Position numbers and translations under genes: made by a program. The notes under the pieces were generated by a model that saw only the letters and a list, made by a program, of their open reading frames with translations, ran no database searches and was not told the DNA's origin. Positions 11,656 through 25,720 of a DNA stretch of 45,996 nucleotides are shown here, piece after piece (within the stretch, counting starts at the first letter, position 1; every line of letters starts with the position of its first letter). This stretch comes from Catajapyx aquilonaris (taxonomy: Eukaryota), in the NCBI GenBank assembly GCA_000934665.2, contig JYFJ02004147.1:1-45996 (forward strand), written 5' to 3'.

Positions 11656-14579
11656 AATGTCCTGTTTTTGTTATTACACTTCGGAACTTTGCATCTGCAA
11701 GTAGTTATGCAGCATGGAAGGGGGGGAAAGGCGATGAGGTTAGCCAGAATAAAGCGTCAGTTACAAATATGTATGCGGGTCCGTCCTCTGCATTATACTA
11801 ATGGCAGCAATTCATATTTTCCCTAAACCGCGATTGCCGGCTAGCTATTGGATTGCGAATTTATTGTCCAATGCAGGGCATCAATATGCATTAACATGGC
11901 AAATCCACAGGGATGATCACTACTCTCATCATCTTGTACATCCTTGTAGTTTATTTTTTTTGCAGGTATCGGTTTTTGTGACACTGTAAATCACACGCTT
12001 TAATCTCCCAGTTTCGAAGAGCCGTCATCTTCATTTTCGAGTCAAGAGAAAAGATTCAGGACAAAATGCTATCAGTTATATACAGTATCTTTAAAACGTT
12101 CCTAGCTGCAGGAAATTACACTTTCAACATATATCACCACATTTAAAAAAACACTGAAATTTTCTAGCCGCAGAAATAATTTAGCTTCCTTTTTCAAAGC
12201 CATACTACTTGCGGTGTGGCCAGCAAATATTTAACATAACGGAAAACAATACGGCTTGCGGGGGGGAGGGTTAATTCTTTGAAGAGTGGAAAAGCCGGCC
12301 TGGGAAAAAGCAAGTCGAATCTCTCTGAAAAGTGGCACATGCTGGCCAACGATGCGAGCCTGGCCAATCTCCTCCAATATCGCACGGGAAGGGGACATTC
12401 CCAGCGCGCCTATCTCAACTGATATGAGACGGCTGGGGGAGGGAGGAGGGGGAAAGAGGGGGAGAGACAGGGGAGAGGACGTGGTTGGTGGAGAGAGGGA
12501 GGTTGCCGGAATCGATGTTTTTGGGGACTCCGATGCAGTCCTCTCCGGAGTTTTTTTTTAAACCCCAAAAAACTAGGCACTTTCCGACTTTTCGGTCAGA
12601 TTATACCTAGTCTGAATCAAGTACATGGTACAGCCATATCGTAGTCCGCTTTTAATAATGGGGATGCGTTGTTAAATTGCTACCTGTCTGCACACTTTTT
12701 TATGGCAACATTGGAATGAAAATTTGAAGAGTTTTTCCCCAGCAATTCCCCCGTTATTTCTATTTTTAATTGCTTTCCATATGAGCAAAACACACAGCCT
12801 GCGGTCGCAGGGAGCGCTTTTACTTTTCATAGATTTGTTTTAGCAATGGCAACTTGGCTCGTTGGGGAAGCGAAGGAGCGTGGGTATCCCAGGCCAGGGG
12901 CTGCAGTATTCACAATAACGCAGATGTAGTGTAATAACTCGCCCGAATTTGTCACCGAATTACGTAAACCGCCCTTTTAGGGTGAGCTTGACGTGTAGCG
13001 GTGGACGCTGCAACGGCCCGATACAACCCGTGTAATTTTACCGTTAATTAAGTGGGACGGTTGTAATTTCTGATTTACTCGCAAAAAACGTCCGGCCGAA
13101 CTAAGCCTAGAGAGTCATATTTCCCAGGTGCGACATACACTTTAAAGCATTCACCTCCCTGATAACAATTTTATTTACAAGTTAGAGCAATTATTGCGGA
13201 GGTCTTTTTGCGTTGCACTATCTAGGCCTAAAATGGGGGACTGCACCCAGCCGTCTTTTCGATTCTGTATGTCTGAGTACTAATTAAAAAAATCATGGAA
13301 TTTTTGAGTACGATATTAAATATAATGAGTAGGAATAAAAATTTTATCTTTATTGCCAAATATTACATGGCGGGCTACAAATCTGGGGGTGGGTGGAAGC
13401 TGCAGCCAGTCCATTTACGACTGCCTGCACCCGACCCTGACAGGCTCATAAACGTGAACCTATGCTTTATCAACCGTAATGATCTCCCTCAAAAAGTTAG
13501 CACCTCCCTCGAGGGACACGCCCTTCCTCAAGTTTTGGCCAAATCATCACCAACCCGAAACAAGGCTTCCGCAAGCTGAAGTACAGTAACTGCTGTTTTA
13601 TTACCTTATAAAACCCGGTCTTCTTTCACGATTAATGTTTTCCTCAGTAATAAAGGATGAAAAGGGGCTGGAAGAGGGTCATCTCCATCTTCTCGGACCA
13701 TCTGCTGCACCCTTACGCCAATCTTTTTGCCAACTTGCTTGCCGCTTAGACAGTAAGTGCGAAGCAAAAGAGAGAGAAAAAAGGTACGGGCACTAGGAAG
13801 CGAACCAACAAACTTGTTTACACAACTCGATCAGTCGTTTAGACTCGTGCATTAATCCAGCTATTCCAAATCAGCAGGAAAGGCCATTCCATCAAAGACG
13901 CTCGTGGTTAGAGCGTTGCTTGGACTCCATAATTATACATCCAAGCCACCCCCACTATGCGGGTCCCATCTTGTTCACTTTTGACAAGCCCAGCAGTACC
14001 AGGGCTGGCGTCCCTGGAACATCTTGGACTAATAGCCCCGACGTGCTACCAGCCCAAAGGAGGCTCCCGGGCCGTAATTCGGGATAACAAGGTATTCCCA
14101 AGGCGAACAGGGAGAAGTGAGGGAGAGGAGAAGAAGAAATTCTTCCTCACCATGCTCACCCAATGGCATTAATCCGGAAATTCAATACCGAGGGAAAGTG
14201 ACAAAAGCTTGCAGGAGCACCTCAGCAGCTGTCGTTGCAAGGTGCTTGGGCGCCAATCAAGCCTCAGACTCTTTCTAATGACGCCACTTGTGCGGTCGAC
14301 GCCATTTTGGAGACCACGTGTGCGTCTACCGGCATTCGTGCGTTGTCGCGTCCAGGAGAGGTAGGGCCTAGTCTACTAATAGACCAATGCGTGCCATGAG
14401 GTGAGCCCGTGGTTGGAAGTTGGGTGAGCGTCGGATCGGGGGAGTTGACAATCAATCACGGCGCCGAGGGGATGGCGCCTCAACAACCTGTTATCTGCCC
14501 CTCGCCTGCTCGGATTCATTCAGGACCTCCTCGCCTCCAGAGGTCGCCAACCGGAAGTCCCAAATCGATGGAGAAAAAG

Positions 14580-14640
14580 GAAGAGGAAGAAGAAGAAGAA
14601 GAAGAAGAAGAAGAAGAAGAAGAAGAAGAAGAAGAAGAAG
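14580..14640 (+). repeat. (GAA)n microsatellite, ~20 units
   Basis: Directly visible GAA tract. Confidence 0.97.
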
Positions 14641-17600
14641 CGGCTGGCGCCACATCGATCGCCGATCACCCATTCTGATCCATCGGATCTGCACACAAGC
14701 CACCCATTTTACTCTTGCCTCGGATCCTCTTCTCTGCCCTTAGCGCTCTGACCTTAATGCCTCTTTACAGCGCCTCCGACACATTGATTTCGCATGGAAA
14801 GGCACACAATCTGGGAATTATATAGCTGAAGCTACGTCCGCCACAACTTTAATCCAAATTACCCTCTGAGACGTTCCTTCCTGTCTTTTTTATTATTTCC
14901 TGGAACTTAAGAAGCTGGATTAATGTACTCAAGAAAGAAAATCAATTTGTACTGCACATATAGTTGTACAGATGGTACACTGTCCAAGTGTAGAAACCGA
15001 TGGGGGAAAGGGAGTAAAGTTAGCCTGATTATTGGTTCCCGTCACTAAACACTTTAAATTATTGCATATTTTATGTCTTGCAACAATGTAGTCGTTTTCT
15101 TATCGTGATTTCTGATTCCCTTTGAACTGGTTGCTACTGTATATGAGCAATCCGTAACTGTTCTCGGCTTCCAACTCTTGGTCCATGAACTTGGTAATGC
15201 ACCATACTCTTACGTCTTACCCTGTTTAGGCCTACATGGTCTTAAATACTTGGATCATCTTAGTTTATTTCGGCTAATTCTCTCTTCATTTGGAATCAAA
15301 TTCCGTCACTTCGCCGATGAAAGTTTCCCCCGTCTCACAGGAAAAACGCATAATGGACGAAAAATATTCCAAACGACATCGTGTTCATAAAATATTGATA
15401 AGATCCAATTTCTGAGAGTGTGTGGGAGAGAAAAAAAAAGTTTTGAGATGAAAAGCAAGGCTCCGGCCCGAGGCTTTCAATACCGTCGTAGGGACGAAAC
15501 TAATTCCGCTTGACGAGGAAAAGGCATTATTTATAAAAACGTCGCCAGCATTACACTTGCATACGATGGATGGAAATTTAACATTTTGATGCAGTTTACT
15601 CATTTAACTTGCAAATTAATTTCAATCATTGCATAACACTGGGCTACAATTTCTATTACTGTTGGTAAGCGTGATAGGTTTCACCAATGATGACTGTTAT
15701 TGACCGGACTTTTAAAGAAGCATTACGTAATTTTTGAAAAATTAAAAAAGGCTTTTTATAGGCCTGTATACATTGCTATATACATATTGCGCCAACCAAC
15801 AGTGACATCGTCTAAATTGCTACACATTGATGAGATTATCAAACAGAAATATCAAGCAATATCCAGAAGACCTCAAATAAATCTGAACAGGAAAATCATT
15901 ATTATCCTTCAGATAGAACCTACTTTATTTCACAATTTCAAGGGTGATGAAGATTGGCCTAAAAAAGGAATGTGCTTGTCGACCCTACACCAACTTTTTC
16001 TCCTTTTGCTTGAGCATGGTCAGATTGGCTTCACTAGACTACTACATTGATTGGCCCGTATGCTCCTTACATTTCACTGAATTTTCAAACATACATAATA
16101 TTACTGCAGAAAATACGTAATTGTAATGGAGGGCAGGTCAGTGAAAAAAGCCTGGATTGGATATTGTAATGGCTCTCTCGTGACACTAGAAAATGGCTCT
16201 TAACCTGCTCTTAACACTTTTTCATCCCTGTAAAGAAACACAAAAGAGTGGAAACATGGGATAATCTTGCGGCAAGCAGAGAGTTGGCTATTGGAAGAGA
16301 AACAGCTGGTGGCCTGGGCTTGAAATGTAAGGAAGTGGAAAGTTAGAGCCAAGTATTAGTTGCCGCCAGTTGCGGCAGTTCACACAGCAGTGTGGGCACA
16401 GGTCTGATACCGGGAGCCAGCAAAAGCCCAGCTGCAAACCTAATTGATGGTTGTTTGATAAGGTTGCCAGGCGAATGTGCTCCAGAGCCTGCCTGATGTG
16501 GACTGTGAGCAGAGACCGCGAGGCGGCTGGCAACTCCGGGAATCCTGTGGGGCCTGGCTGGCTGCATGCGGCCCAGACGAACACTTTACAAACCTGGACT
16601 TCAGGAGATCTTCCCAGGCGATCAACTATTTAAAAGATAATAAATCAAAGGTTATTCTTTAAATATAAATTGCAGATAACGTGATGCTGTGCATATATTT
16701 TACCATGTAGATGCGGGCAGATGGCATTGAATTAATATCTAGCTTAAACATGGCTTTCAAAGTGGAAAAGGGCATTTTATTTTGAGGCTCTATATCACAT
16801 AAATTAGCATCACGGTATAACTACCGGTTAGAAGAACACTTAACGATATAATGCTTTAAAAAACTTAGGAATTATTTTTCCCAACGCAGCTATTTTGCAA
16901 CTATCGCGTGTTTTAATTACGGTATTTAATCTTCAATTACTGCATAGGAACCAGCGCAGTCCATATCAAATAAAATTGTATGTTGCTTTAAAAAATGTTT
17001 GGTTCGGAAAACTAAACACTAGAAATTCAGGCCTTTGTGACGTTATGTTATGGTTTCGCTCCTTGATTACTATCATCATTATGGATACTATCAGGCTTAT
17101 GGGGGTGCATGGATGGGCAGAACTCAGGCTAATATTTATTGTACATCTCTTTCATTCAAACTGGCTGTCTGCGTACATATTCCTGACACGCTATGATTGT
17201 TCGAAGCAATGGTCGATAAATCGTGGCCACCTGCTGCCATTTTCAGCTGGAATAATAAAAGACCCGAACTTTATGTTTCGGACTTTGAAAGCTGTGTTGA
17301 ACCGCGAGTTCTCTCGTTCTCATTGCGCAAAATCGGCGGTTTCCCAGATCTGAACAATAAACAACAGTTCGTTCAAGTATTTCCCTGCTATTGGTCTTTT
17401 GGCTTGCGTTTTTTTTTAAATGTACCAACGGAATCGTGCGCTCCATGTGGCGTTAACAGAGGCTTTCGTGGCGGCATAAAAGTATTTCCTGTTTACCATG
17501 ATAGTATAGGAAATGGCGCTTTCAGTTCTAGTAATAAGCGCTTTTCCTCTGAAACGATCGCGCCATATACACCACTGGACGTTCTAGTTGGCCATATTTG

Positions 17601-20600
17601 GTGTACGCTGCCAAGAGTAAATCGTCTAAAGTAGGATATGGCGGTGATGCTGAACACACAGTGCTGGTACACGTTCATGAACCTGCATTCGAATGAAAAG
17701 CTCTAAATAAAGGAATGCCTAAAGGTATCTACACACAATTATTAAAAACCACGTAACCACAATATTGTAGTGGAACAATGTAAAACACTACTACTAGCAT
17801 CGTTGTTTTCTAGTGTGCTAGTGACGATGTACAATAATTAGGCATGTTTTGTGTTTTATTGTGCTTTATAACAGAGGGAGAAAAAAAATGAAAACTGTAC
17901 TTGTTAAATTACTCAAATTATTTGCTTATGGTCGTTTGCTTAAAGCCACCAAAATGAGTTGGTACAGATGATAGAGATGTTGGAGGTTGCCGGATATGGA
18001 TGAATATTGTTCTTTAATTTTAACCATTTTTGCTTATAAAATGGAGGACCAGCATATTCTATATGCTTTGATTTTCTTCCATTGTGCAGTAGTAACTTTT
18101 CATCTAGTAGGCTATAATTTGAATTGCGAGCACTCAATCCAATCCAAACAGTAGGAAAATGTAATTTAAGCATAATTTTGTCACGTTTCGTTCGTCCTGC
18201 CCTAGGGTAGGAAAAGGTGAAAAGGTATACCCAAACCGTATTGTACAGTTACAATATATAATCGTAAAACAGTCCTTTCAAAAAATCACTGGGACAGTTC
18301 TAAAAAATTTAAAGAAATGACCATAATACAGCTATTACAAATCTCTTACGTTTCTAAACTTTGCAAGATTTGTTGCGATACCAAACGATAAATATTTTGA
18401 AGTGCAATCTATACGTTTATACACAAGTTCTTAAATTATATTTGCCAATGCCAGTCTTTGGCGGCGAATACTATACCCTTCGCTCACTATGAGATTGGTT
18501 CACTCTGGAAATTGCATTATACTGGAGCTATTCTGAAAAGAAAACGTGCTTGAGGCAATCCAAGTGAAACATCAGTATCCTCTTTTTGCTTACAGTAGTT
18601 ATTCCGGCGCTCGAGGTCCAACTTTGATGTGAAGTGAATTATCCTTACACACAATGTAGATTCTGTGCTTTTGAAACGATTCGAATGTGTGCACTACCAC
18701 GCTCTTCTGCAAATGGACTCGGTTTTGGTGTAACCTGAGGGAAATTGGCATGAGCACAAGTAAGTTTTATTTAGTGACAGGAATAACTGCATCCTGCTCA
18801 CCAGACCAGTCGTTTGCCACCCACTTACCAAATTGCTGTTCACATTATTATTGTCTTCGACGATAAGCTTCCTTCTCGATGGATCGGATTTCTGCAAGTT
18901 GCTGTAATACTGTATTGGCGAAGCCTATAGCTATTCCACCGAGGGCGGGGGTTCCCAAAATTAGAATGAAAATGGCGGATAGGACCATTGATTAGATATG
19001 CGAAAGTGTAACAGGAAACAAGGGAATGTCGATAATGAATACAGCAACGTTCGTTCCTAGTGAGAGCACAAAAAGTACAGTATGTTGTTATGCAGGGTAT
19101 CACATCTCCATGCAGTGCTTTTTATTCAAAATAGACCCACCTCTATTCAGTTGAAAGGAATCCATTAGGAGGCTCCTGTGAGGGACAAGAAAGTGGTCGC
19201 ACATTATTTTGTGCAAAAAAGGAACTCGTAATAGTTTTTCAAATGTCATTTTAAAAAGTGTATTGCCATTTTTAGAACATGCATCATATGATGTGACTGA
19301 TCCAGCGGCTTCAATATTAGAGATTTTGCATCATACAAATAATTATTATTTATATACGTCTACCAACAAGATCCCTTTTGAGATCATTTTTGTCATGTTC
19401 CTTAAATTTTGTGAAGGTTGTTCATAATTTATTATATCAGAATCAAACGTAAACCTCAGTTTTACCCAATGATTAGTACAAATGTGAAAATTCAGGCTTG
19501 ATATTGCAATTTTACAATTTGTCCAACTCTCAGCAATGAGCGCGTAATTGTTATTTTATTTTTTGTATCACTGGCAGTGGATGCTCAATTTTTGAAGTCG
19601 TATACTGTATAGTAATGGCACTCACAGATATGTACACAAAAGAAGTGATCGCAACAATATTCGGCCGATAGTACCATAAGCTTTTTTGAGTTTCTTCACT
19701 CATTAGCAGCCACCCTATTCCACAGCGAAGCTAACCCGACCATAATTACACCGCACAATGTACTGTACACTATTGTTAATATGTGCTCTAGTCTAATAGT
19801 GGCTTACAACAAAGCCAATTATTGAAAATTCTACATCAACTTTCTCATAGTCTGTGTTTAGCCTGCACAGTATATTACGAGCCCAGGAACATGACATAAG
19901 CACGACAAAAATGAGTCAAAGAGATCAGTAATGAAAAATAGAGCTACCTTGCTAGCATAAATCGAAGGTTCAGAAAATTCGTAGTGAGCCCACTACTATA
20001 GGTAAAATGGTCCGGAGTGGGTTGGGCTGGGGATATGATTTTTTTGAGCTCGGTTGGCGGCTCCTGATAACTAGGAACCCAATCCAAGTTAGCGTGACAT
20101 GCAATTGAGTACTTTTCGCAATAAACTCTTGGATGAAGGTGGCGGGCGTGCATTTGACAAGAGTTTTTTTTTCGACCCACGCTGGAGAGGGTTAGTCTCG
20201 GTATGGTGAGAGGTTGCGGGATAGGAGTTAGGGGACTTTGGGGTGGAGGTGGCGTGGGAGGAGGAAGGTGGTGGTTTCCAGGGTGGGGGTTGGGAAAGAG
20301 CCTTCACCTCATCCTAGTGCACAATGCGACACTATGTCGTATATTCCGCAGCAAAATCCAGCGGGGAATAAATTGCCCGTGTTAGGAGGCATGTTGGAAT
20401 AAAGGTAGGGCAGAGTTACGACCCTTCCACGTGCCGCCTATTTTTTAGTGGGGGGGGGGGCTGGCAAGGAGTGGGGCACAGATTCCTTCAGAAGCACGCA
20501 GTAAGACGTACAAGTACAGCTCCGGTAGCTATTACTAATGACGGGAAAAATTATCTGCACATTTGACACTGTTAAGATAACATAATAGTGTTCAGCAATG

Positions 20601-23600
20601 CTACAGAATAGGATCAGCTTCTTTCTCCTTTAAAAAGCACTATTTAATTTGCAACATTCCATGAAGCTCATCTTCTTTATTCAGAATACTGAAAGAACGC
20701 TTTTGGATAGAACATTTTTTGCGGTCCACCCTTTCAAATAAACTTTGTTACATAATTACATGTTTCCCGTTGCGGAGAGACGCGTCCCTAATTTGTGTGT
20801 ATATATAAATTATGTGAATAGGTCCTTGCGGCTAGGATCAGAGGAGAAAAATGTACACAGTTCCGGCTTGTTAGGCAGGAAATTCCGGGAGTATATAAAA
20901 GCACTAAACGGGGCATTATTGAAGCTTGGCGCTCATCGTGATGTCTCCACCTACTCAAAGCGCGGAAAAAGCAATATACTTTCATGTGGACATGAATCAT
21001 GGCCAGACAAACTATCTCGGTACCTACTCCCCTCACGTCTAATTAACCTCAAAATTGAAGCGACTAGCCAAAAAGAGGAGGAATGCAACAAAACATTCGG
21101 GTCTGTGTGCTGTTGTTCCAGCGTTTAATAATTCAAAGTGGGTTTATTCTGCAGCCAGATAAGGATCCTTGCTAATCTGATCAGGGTGACAAGCAAGCAC
21201 CGCCGAACACCAGCGAATTGTCGCTTACATGGTGCTTGGCAGTTAATGGGACAGAAAATGCCCAAGTCCAGAGCTAGAGTGTGCAGTACAGAGTAAGGGA
21301 GTAAGGGTGGTGTACTCAAATCGTGTGGGCTGAAGTATCGAGGCTATTGCATTAGTGATGACAATTGCTGAAGGAAAACAAATGTCGGTGCACAATTTGA
21401 CTCTTTGGTTTTTCTAAGTTGTGGTTTTGTGTTTCTTGTTGCCGTTCTGTACTTGTTCTTGATTTGAAGGCTTCCGAACAAGAGAGTGGTAACCACAAGG
21501 CCTTTCAGGAAACAAAAGAGGAAGACCTATAGGAAGCAATGATTTCCGTTTGAATTACAATAGGTTTGCACAATGTACACTACGCGTAGGTAAGAATTTT
21601 CTTTTCTTTCGGAGCTCTACTTGAGTGCATGCTTTTGTACTTGTTGATGAAGATGTTTCTTTCATTATTACACGGTTATATGTTCTTATTCCTTTCCACA
21701 TTCACAAGAGGCATCAAATTGCTGTCCTGAACATCAGGTTCATTTTCGTGTAATTCGTTTTGGAGAATGCATTGAGTAATTTGTTATCAGCCGGTTTAAT
21801 TAAATACTTTAGCACAACTCTATCCCACATAGCCAATTTAACAGGAAAGTGGTTCAAGCTGTTGTGTTTGTGAGTTAACTTGTGTTACCTGCTTCATCAC
21901 TGACTACCCTTTTCATACTGAGAGAAATATCGAATGGATGCTGACAATGATAGCTTACTTGTTGCTCACGAATTCATGTATAAAAGAGCTTCATCCACCT
22001 GAAAATAATTGTCAAACTAAATTTAATGATCCAAGTGGCCCGATGTGTCGACTGTTGACGGGTAGAGATTCTCCTTCTAATGATGCCAGTTTCTAAGAAT
22101 AGCCCCTGCCTTCTGTCACAGAGGTACATTTGTCATAGAACCCGGCTGGATGCCCTCAAGGGAAAAAAAGGACAAAATACGGAAGAAAAACCTGAAAACC
22201 CCCAACTATAATGGGCACCGACACTTTGGACCCCATCGCGAAACTCTAGTTCCCGACTTTCCTTCATAAAAGTGACGCCTCTCGATTTTCTCTTGTCCCC
22301 GGCGCCAAAAGAACGATAGCATCTGGTTGGAAAACTCGGTCTCGTTCTTTTCTGAGAAAGATCTCCGAACCATGCCCGAATAAGGGTCAGAAGAAAGGGA
22401 GAGAAAAGGATCACAAATGCGGTCCAGCTCAGTTTCATTTTTTGTCCTATATATTTTTTCTCTACCGAACATCAAGAGGAGTTATGGATGTGCCTGGGGT
22501 GACGTCAGTGGCTCTCGAAAAACCAAAATCAGGTTCCCCTAAAATCGAAGGAAACAAAGAATAGTTTCCTACTTTGTTCTCTCCAGATCACAACGAGAAT
22601 ACGAATATTCCATTCCGTTCATGCTTGTAATGAAGTTAAAAAATATAAAAAAAGAGCGTTCAAAGGGGAGTCCGGTTGGTTAGTGCGGCCATCCAGATCC
22701 AAATTAACCTGTTTCCCTCTCACTCGAACCTTTCTATTGCTTGGACGTTAACTGGATTTAGGATTTTTTTTTTCGTTCGCCGCTCCTATACCCTCCCTCA
22801 CCCAACTCTCTTTTCATTGAATGAATAGGCGGTGGCTCTTTGTTGGTCCAACTGCTGGCACTAATAATCACAGGGCAGATAATCGGATTTGAGTGGAAAG
22901 TTTGTGGAGGTGCACTTGACTGCGTTTTGTTACGTCAATGCACTTAAGATTCTGTACTTTTTTGGTCTATAGCTGCGAGCAATAACTTAAAGTGACTTTT
23001 GTCTAGGGGAGGGATACTTAAATTTACAAAAATAGGGGTTTATACGTATGAATAGTAAACTACCGTACTATCTGCACGAATAGCCTACTTATAATCTGAT
23101 TGCTAAAGTACATTATACATTGTTGCTATTTATTTATTTTTATACTTCATCTACGTGTCCCGTGCTATAAGCGTGTCTACTCACTGGAAGTAAAATAGCC
23201 CGTATCACATGAGCAGGCAATGCACACTTCTCCGGCAAAAGAACCATTTTGCAAATAAAGCGTTTTAGACGACGGGTTACAAATTATCTGATTTAGCCCA
23301 AGCTTGTAAGATAGATACAGCATATCCCAATTTAGTTAAAGAACTGATAAAATAATAAAAGTTTTAAAATATTGAGCTCTTTTTCAAGCGGTCCACGGTT
23401 GATCAGGAACACTTAAATTCGCATATGGTAAATTATATAAGGACACTAAGTTTTCCATTTGTATTCGAGATATTAGCATTTGGATGCAGTATAAGTGCAA
23501 CAAAAATGCAGGAAAAACCCAGATCCAAGAGAAGATTGCGATGAAATATTGAGAGAGCTGCACATACTCTAAGCCGTGCGTAGTAAATATTTGCCTATGA

Positions 23601-23680
23601 CGTAAAAGGGCAAATAGCACTTCTCCAAAAATGGAACACTAAACTTCCTGTACTAGTAAGACTCCGAGACCAGTCTAATA

Positions 23681-24242
23681 CAGGGTGTTTATTGTAACTC
23701 TGCAAAGATTTTCAGGGGTAATAGAGGGGACCAATACAAGTATTTTTGACATAGGAACCCGTGTCCGGAAACGCCATCTAGAGGGGGTTCATAGACAAGG
23801 AACGGGTGCGCTCAGACGCGTCAGGCGAGAGGCGCTAGGCGAGCGGACTGTTTTGTTGATAGATGGCGCTCGGAGAGTAACCAACGATGCGATATGTCAT
23901 AACGTGGCAACAGCAGAGCCATCTAACAACTAAAGTCCGCCTCCTAGGAGACGCGCGGATAGTCAACAGCGTTTCTGTTGCTGCCAGGTTATGGAGTATC
24001 GTGTTGTTGTTTACTTCCAACGACGCGATACACCATAACCTGGCAACAACTGCGCGCCATCTACCAACAAAACAGTCCGCTCGCCTAGCGCCTCTCGCCT
24101 GACGCGTCTGAGCGCACCCGTTCCTTGTCTATGAACCCCCTCTAGATGGCGTTTCCGGACACGGGTTCCTATGTCAAAAATACTTGTATTGGTCCCCTCT
24201 ATTACCCCTGAAAATCTTTGCAGAGTTACAATAAACACCCTG
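23681..24242. mobile_element. Tc1/mariner-type MITE, 562 bp, with ~189-bp almost perfect TIRs
   Basis: TA|CAGGGTGTTTATTGTAACTC ... GAGTTACAATAAACACCCTG|TA. Arms 23681-23869 and 24054-24242 differ at one visible position. TA TSD at 23679-80 and 24243-44. Confidence 0.95.
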
Positions 24243-25592
24243 TATATTAGCCCAAGTGGGATACACTACACCGAAGTGCCCCTCGTTCTGCGTAGGCCAG
24301 CCATTGTGCTTGTTCTTGCCTAGCAGAAATTTTTTACCAATAGCTAGTGTTAAAGTTCACATGACGTCATCTCATTTTATTACTATTATTATGGCCGTTT
24401 TGGACACGTAAATGTTACTTTCAGTAGCTTTGTTGTATTCAAAGGCGGAAAATTGTAATTTAAGGATCATTGCAGAGAGTAGGTCTACTATACTTACGCA
24501 CAACTCTTAATTATGACATACATCATCGATCAACTTCCGTTTTTTTTACAACACTTGTGGCAACCAAACTAATTTTATAACCTATCGTATCCGAATCAAG
24601 AAAAGTACTCAGACATCAAAGATCTCTCATGGAAATAAACATATTTTAGTCCCCAAAGCACCAACCGCCATATGTATTCTTATATTCTAAACTTAAGCAC
24701 TAAAAATAAGCATCTTACCCTTTGGGAGGACTTACGTCGATAACGTATGAAGTACTTAGAAGGGGGTTCACTCTAGAAAGTATTATCGTAATCCTTTTTT
24801 CACCGGGTTGTATTTTGCCCACGTCGTCCCACAGAGGAGTTGAAATATTCATAAGCCTCGCAGCATGAAACGCGACCTCAAACGTCGGTCGGAGAATTAA
24901 AGGGCGCAACAGAGGGAAGGGGATGAGGGGTGGTGGAGGCCGGAGCGTAGGGGGTAGCGGTGGCGGGGACAAAGCCAAAAGCAGATCGCACAAAAGTGAA
25001 ATGGGAGCTACGGGTGGCTAATCCAGCCTGCATTATTCTCCCCCCACCAAAATAAGCCCGGAATATTTCACCGGGGATCACCCAACTGATGGAAAACCTG
25101 GCCTTCCCAAAAAACCCGAGACCAAATTCTTTCTTAATGAAAAGTGGACCAAGATTTTCTAGGGTGAAATAGAATGGGGTGAGTGGGTGGGGCGAAAAAA
25201 AATGAATGGGCTGAGTCTAATCCACAGAGAGGAATCTATGCCGGCACGCACTAACTCTCTCCAGTGAGAAACACACGACAGGGATAGACTTTATAAATAT
25301 AATAATAAATAGCTGGGAGCTCTGATTCATTTCCGGAACTGGCTCGAAATGTACGTTCGTCTACCTTCAGAAAATGTTAGCTGATCAATTTAGGCACCTG
25401 CTACCAATCGATTTTCAATCTGACGGATTAATAAGGTGGAGCTAGTAAAACGGAAAGAATAATTCGGCTTGACTCGCGCTTCGTGAGAAAGGCTCGAATA
25501 TGCAATCACGGATTTGCAATTTCAGAAAATTACATATTAGAGTCGGCGCGTTATTATTGAATCAATGCAACAAAAATTAACTAGCTTATATT

Positions 25593-25720
25593 CGAGGGCG
25601 TTTCAATAAGTAGGGAAAGTCAATTTCTTTGCTTTCTGTATTGAATGGAATTGAAAATTGAAATGTACATATGAAATCGCAGGTGTTTTTTAATGTTTTT
25701 ATTAAATTATGTGGGTGTGA
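25593..25720 (+). mobile_element. Orphan mariner-like terminus (CGAGGGCGTTTCAATAAGT)
   Basis: Resembles the CGAGGG..TTCAATAAGT ends common in insect mariner elements. No partner end was seen and the extent is approximate. Confidence 0.3.

Noticed and set aside
14409..14743. Poly-E/R/L ORFs
   Set aside because: Translations of the GAA microsatellite; no other coding support.
17440..17680. Possible THAP-domain relic on the minus strand (TVCSA...RLLLELKAPFPILSW...PPRKP)
   Set aside because: Similarity too weak; the key C2CH residues and the AVPT motif are not intact.
19379..19400. TGAGATCATTTT (bantam-like); also TGGAATGTAA at ~37803 (miR-1-like)
   Set aside because: The match is limited to the 5' part, the 3' part diverges, and no precursor hairpin is evident.
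23685..24238. Two ORFs with identical N-termini (MFIVTLQRFSG...) on opposite strands
   Set aside because: Artefact of the MITE's inverted repeats; GTG starts and no transposase similarity.
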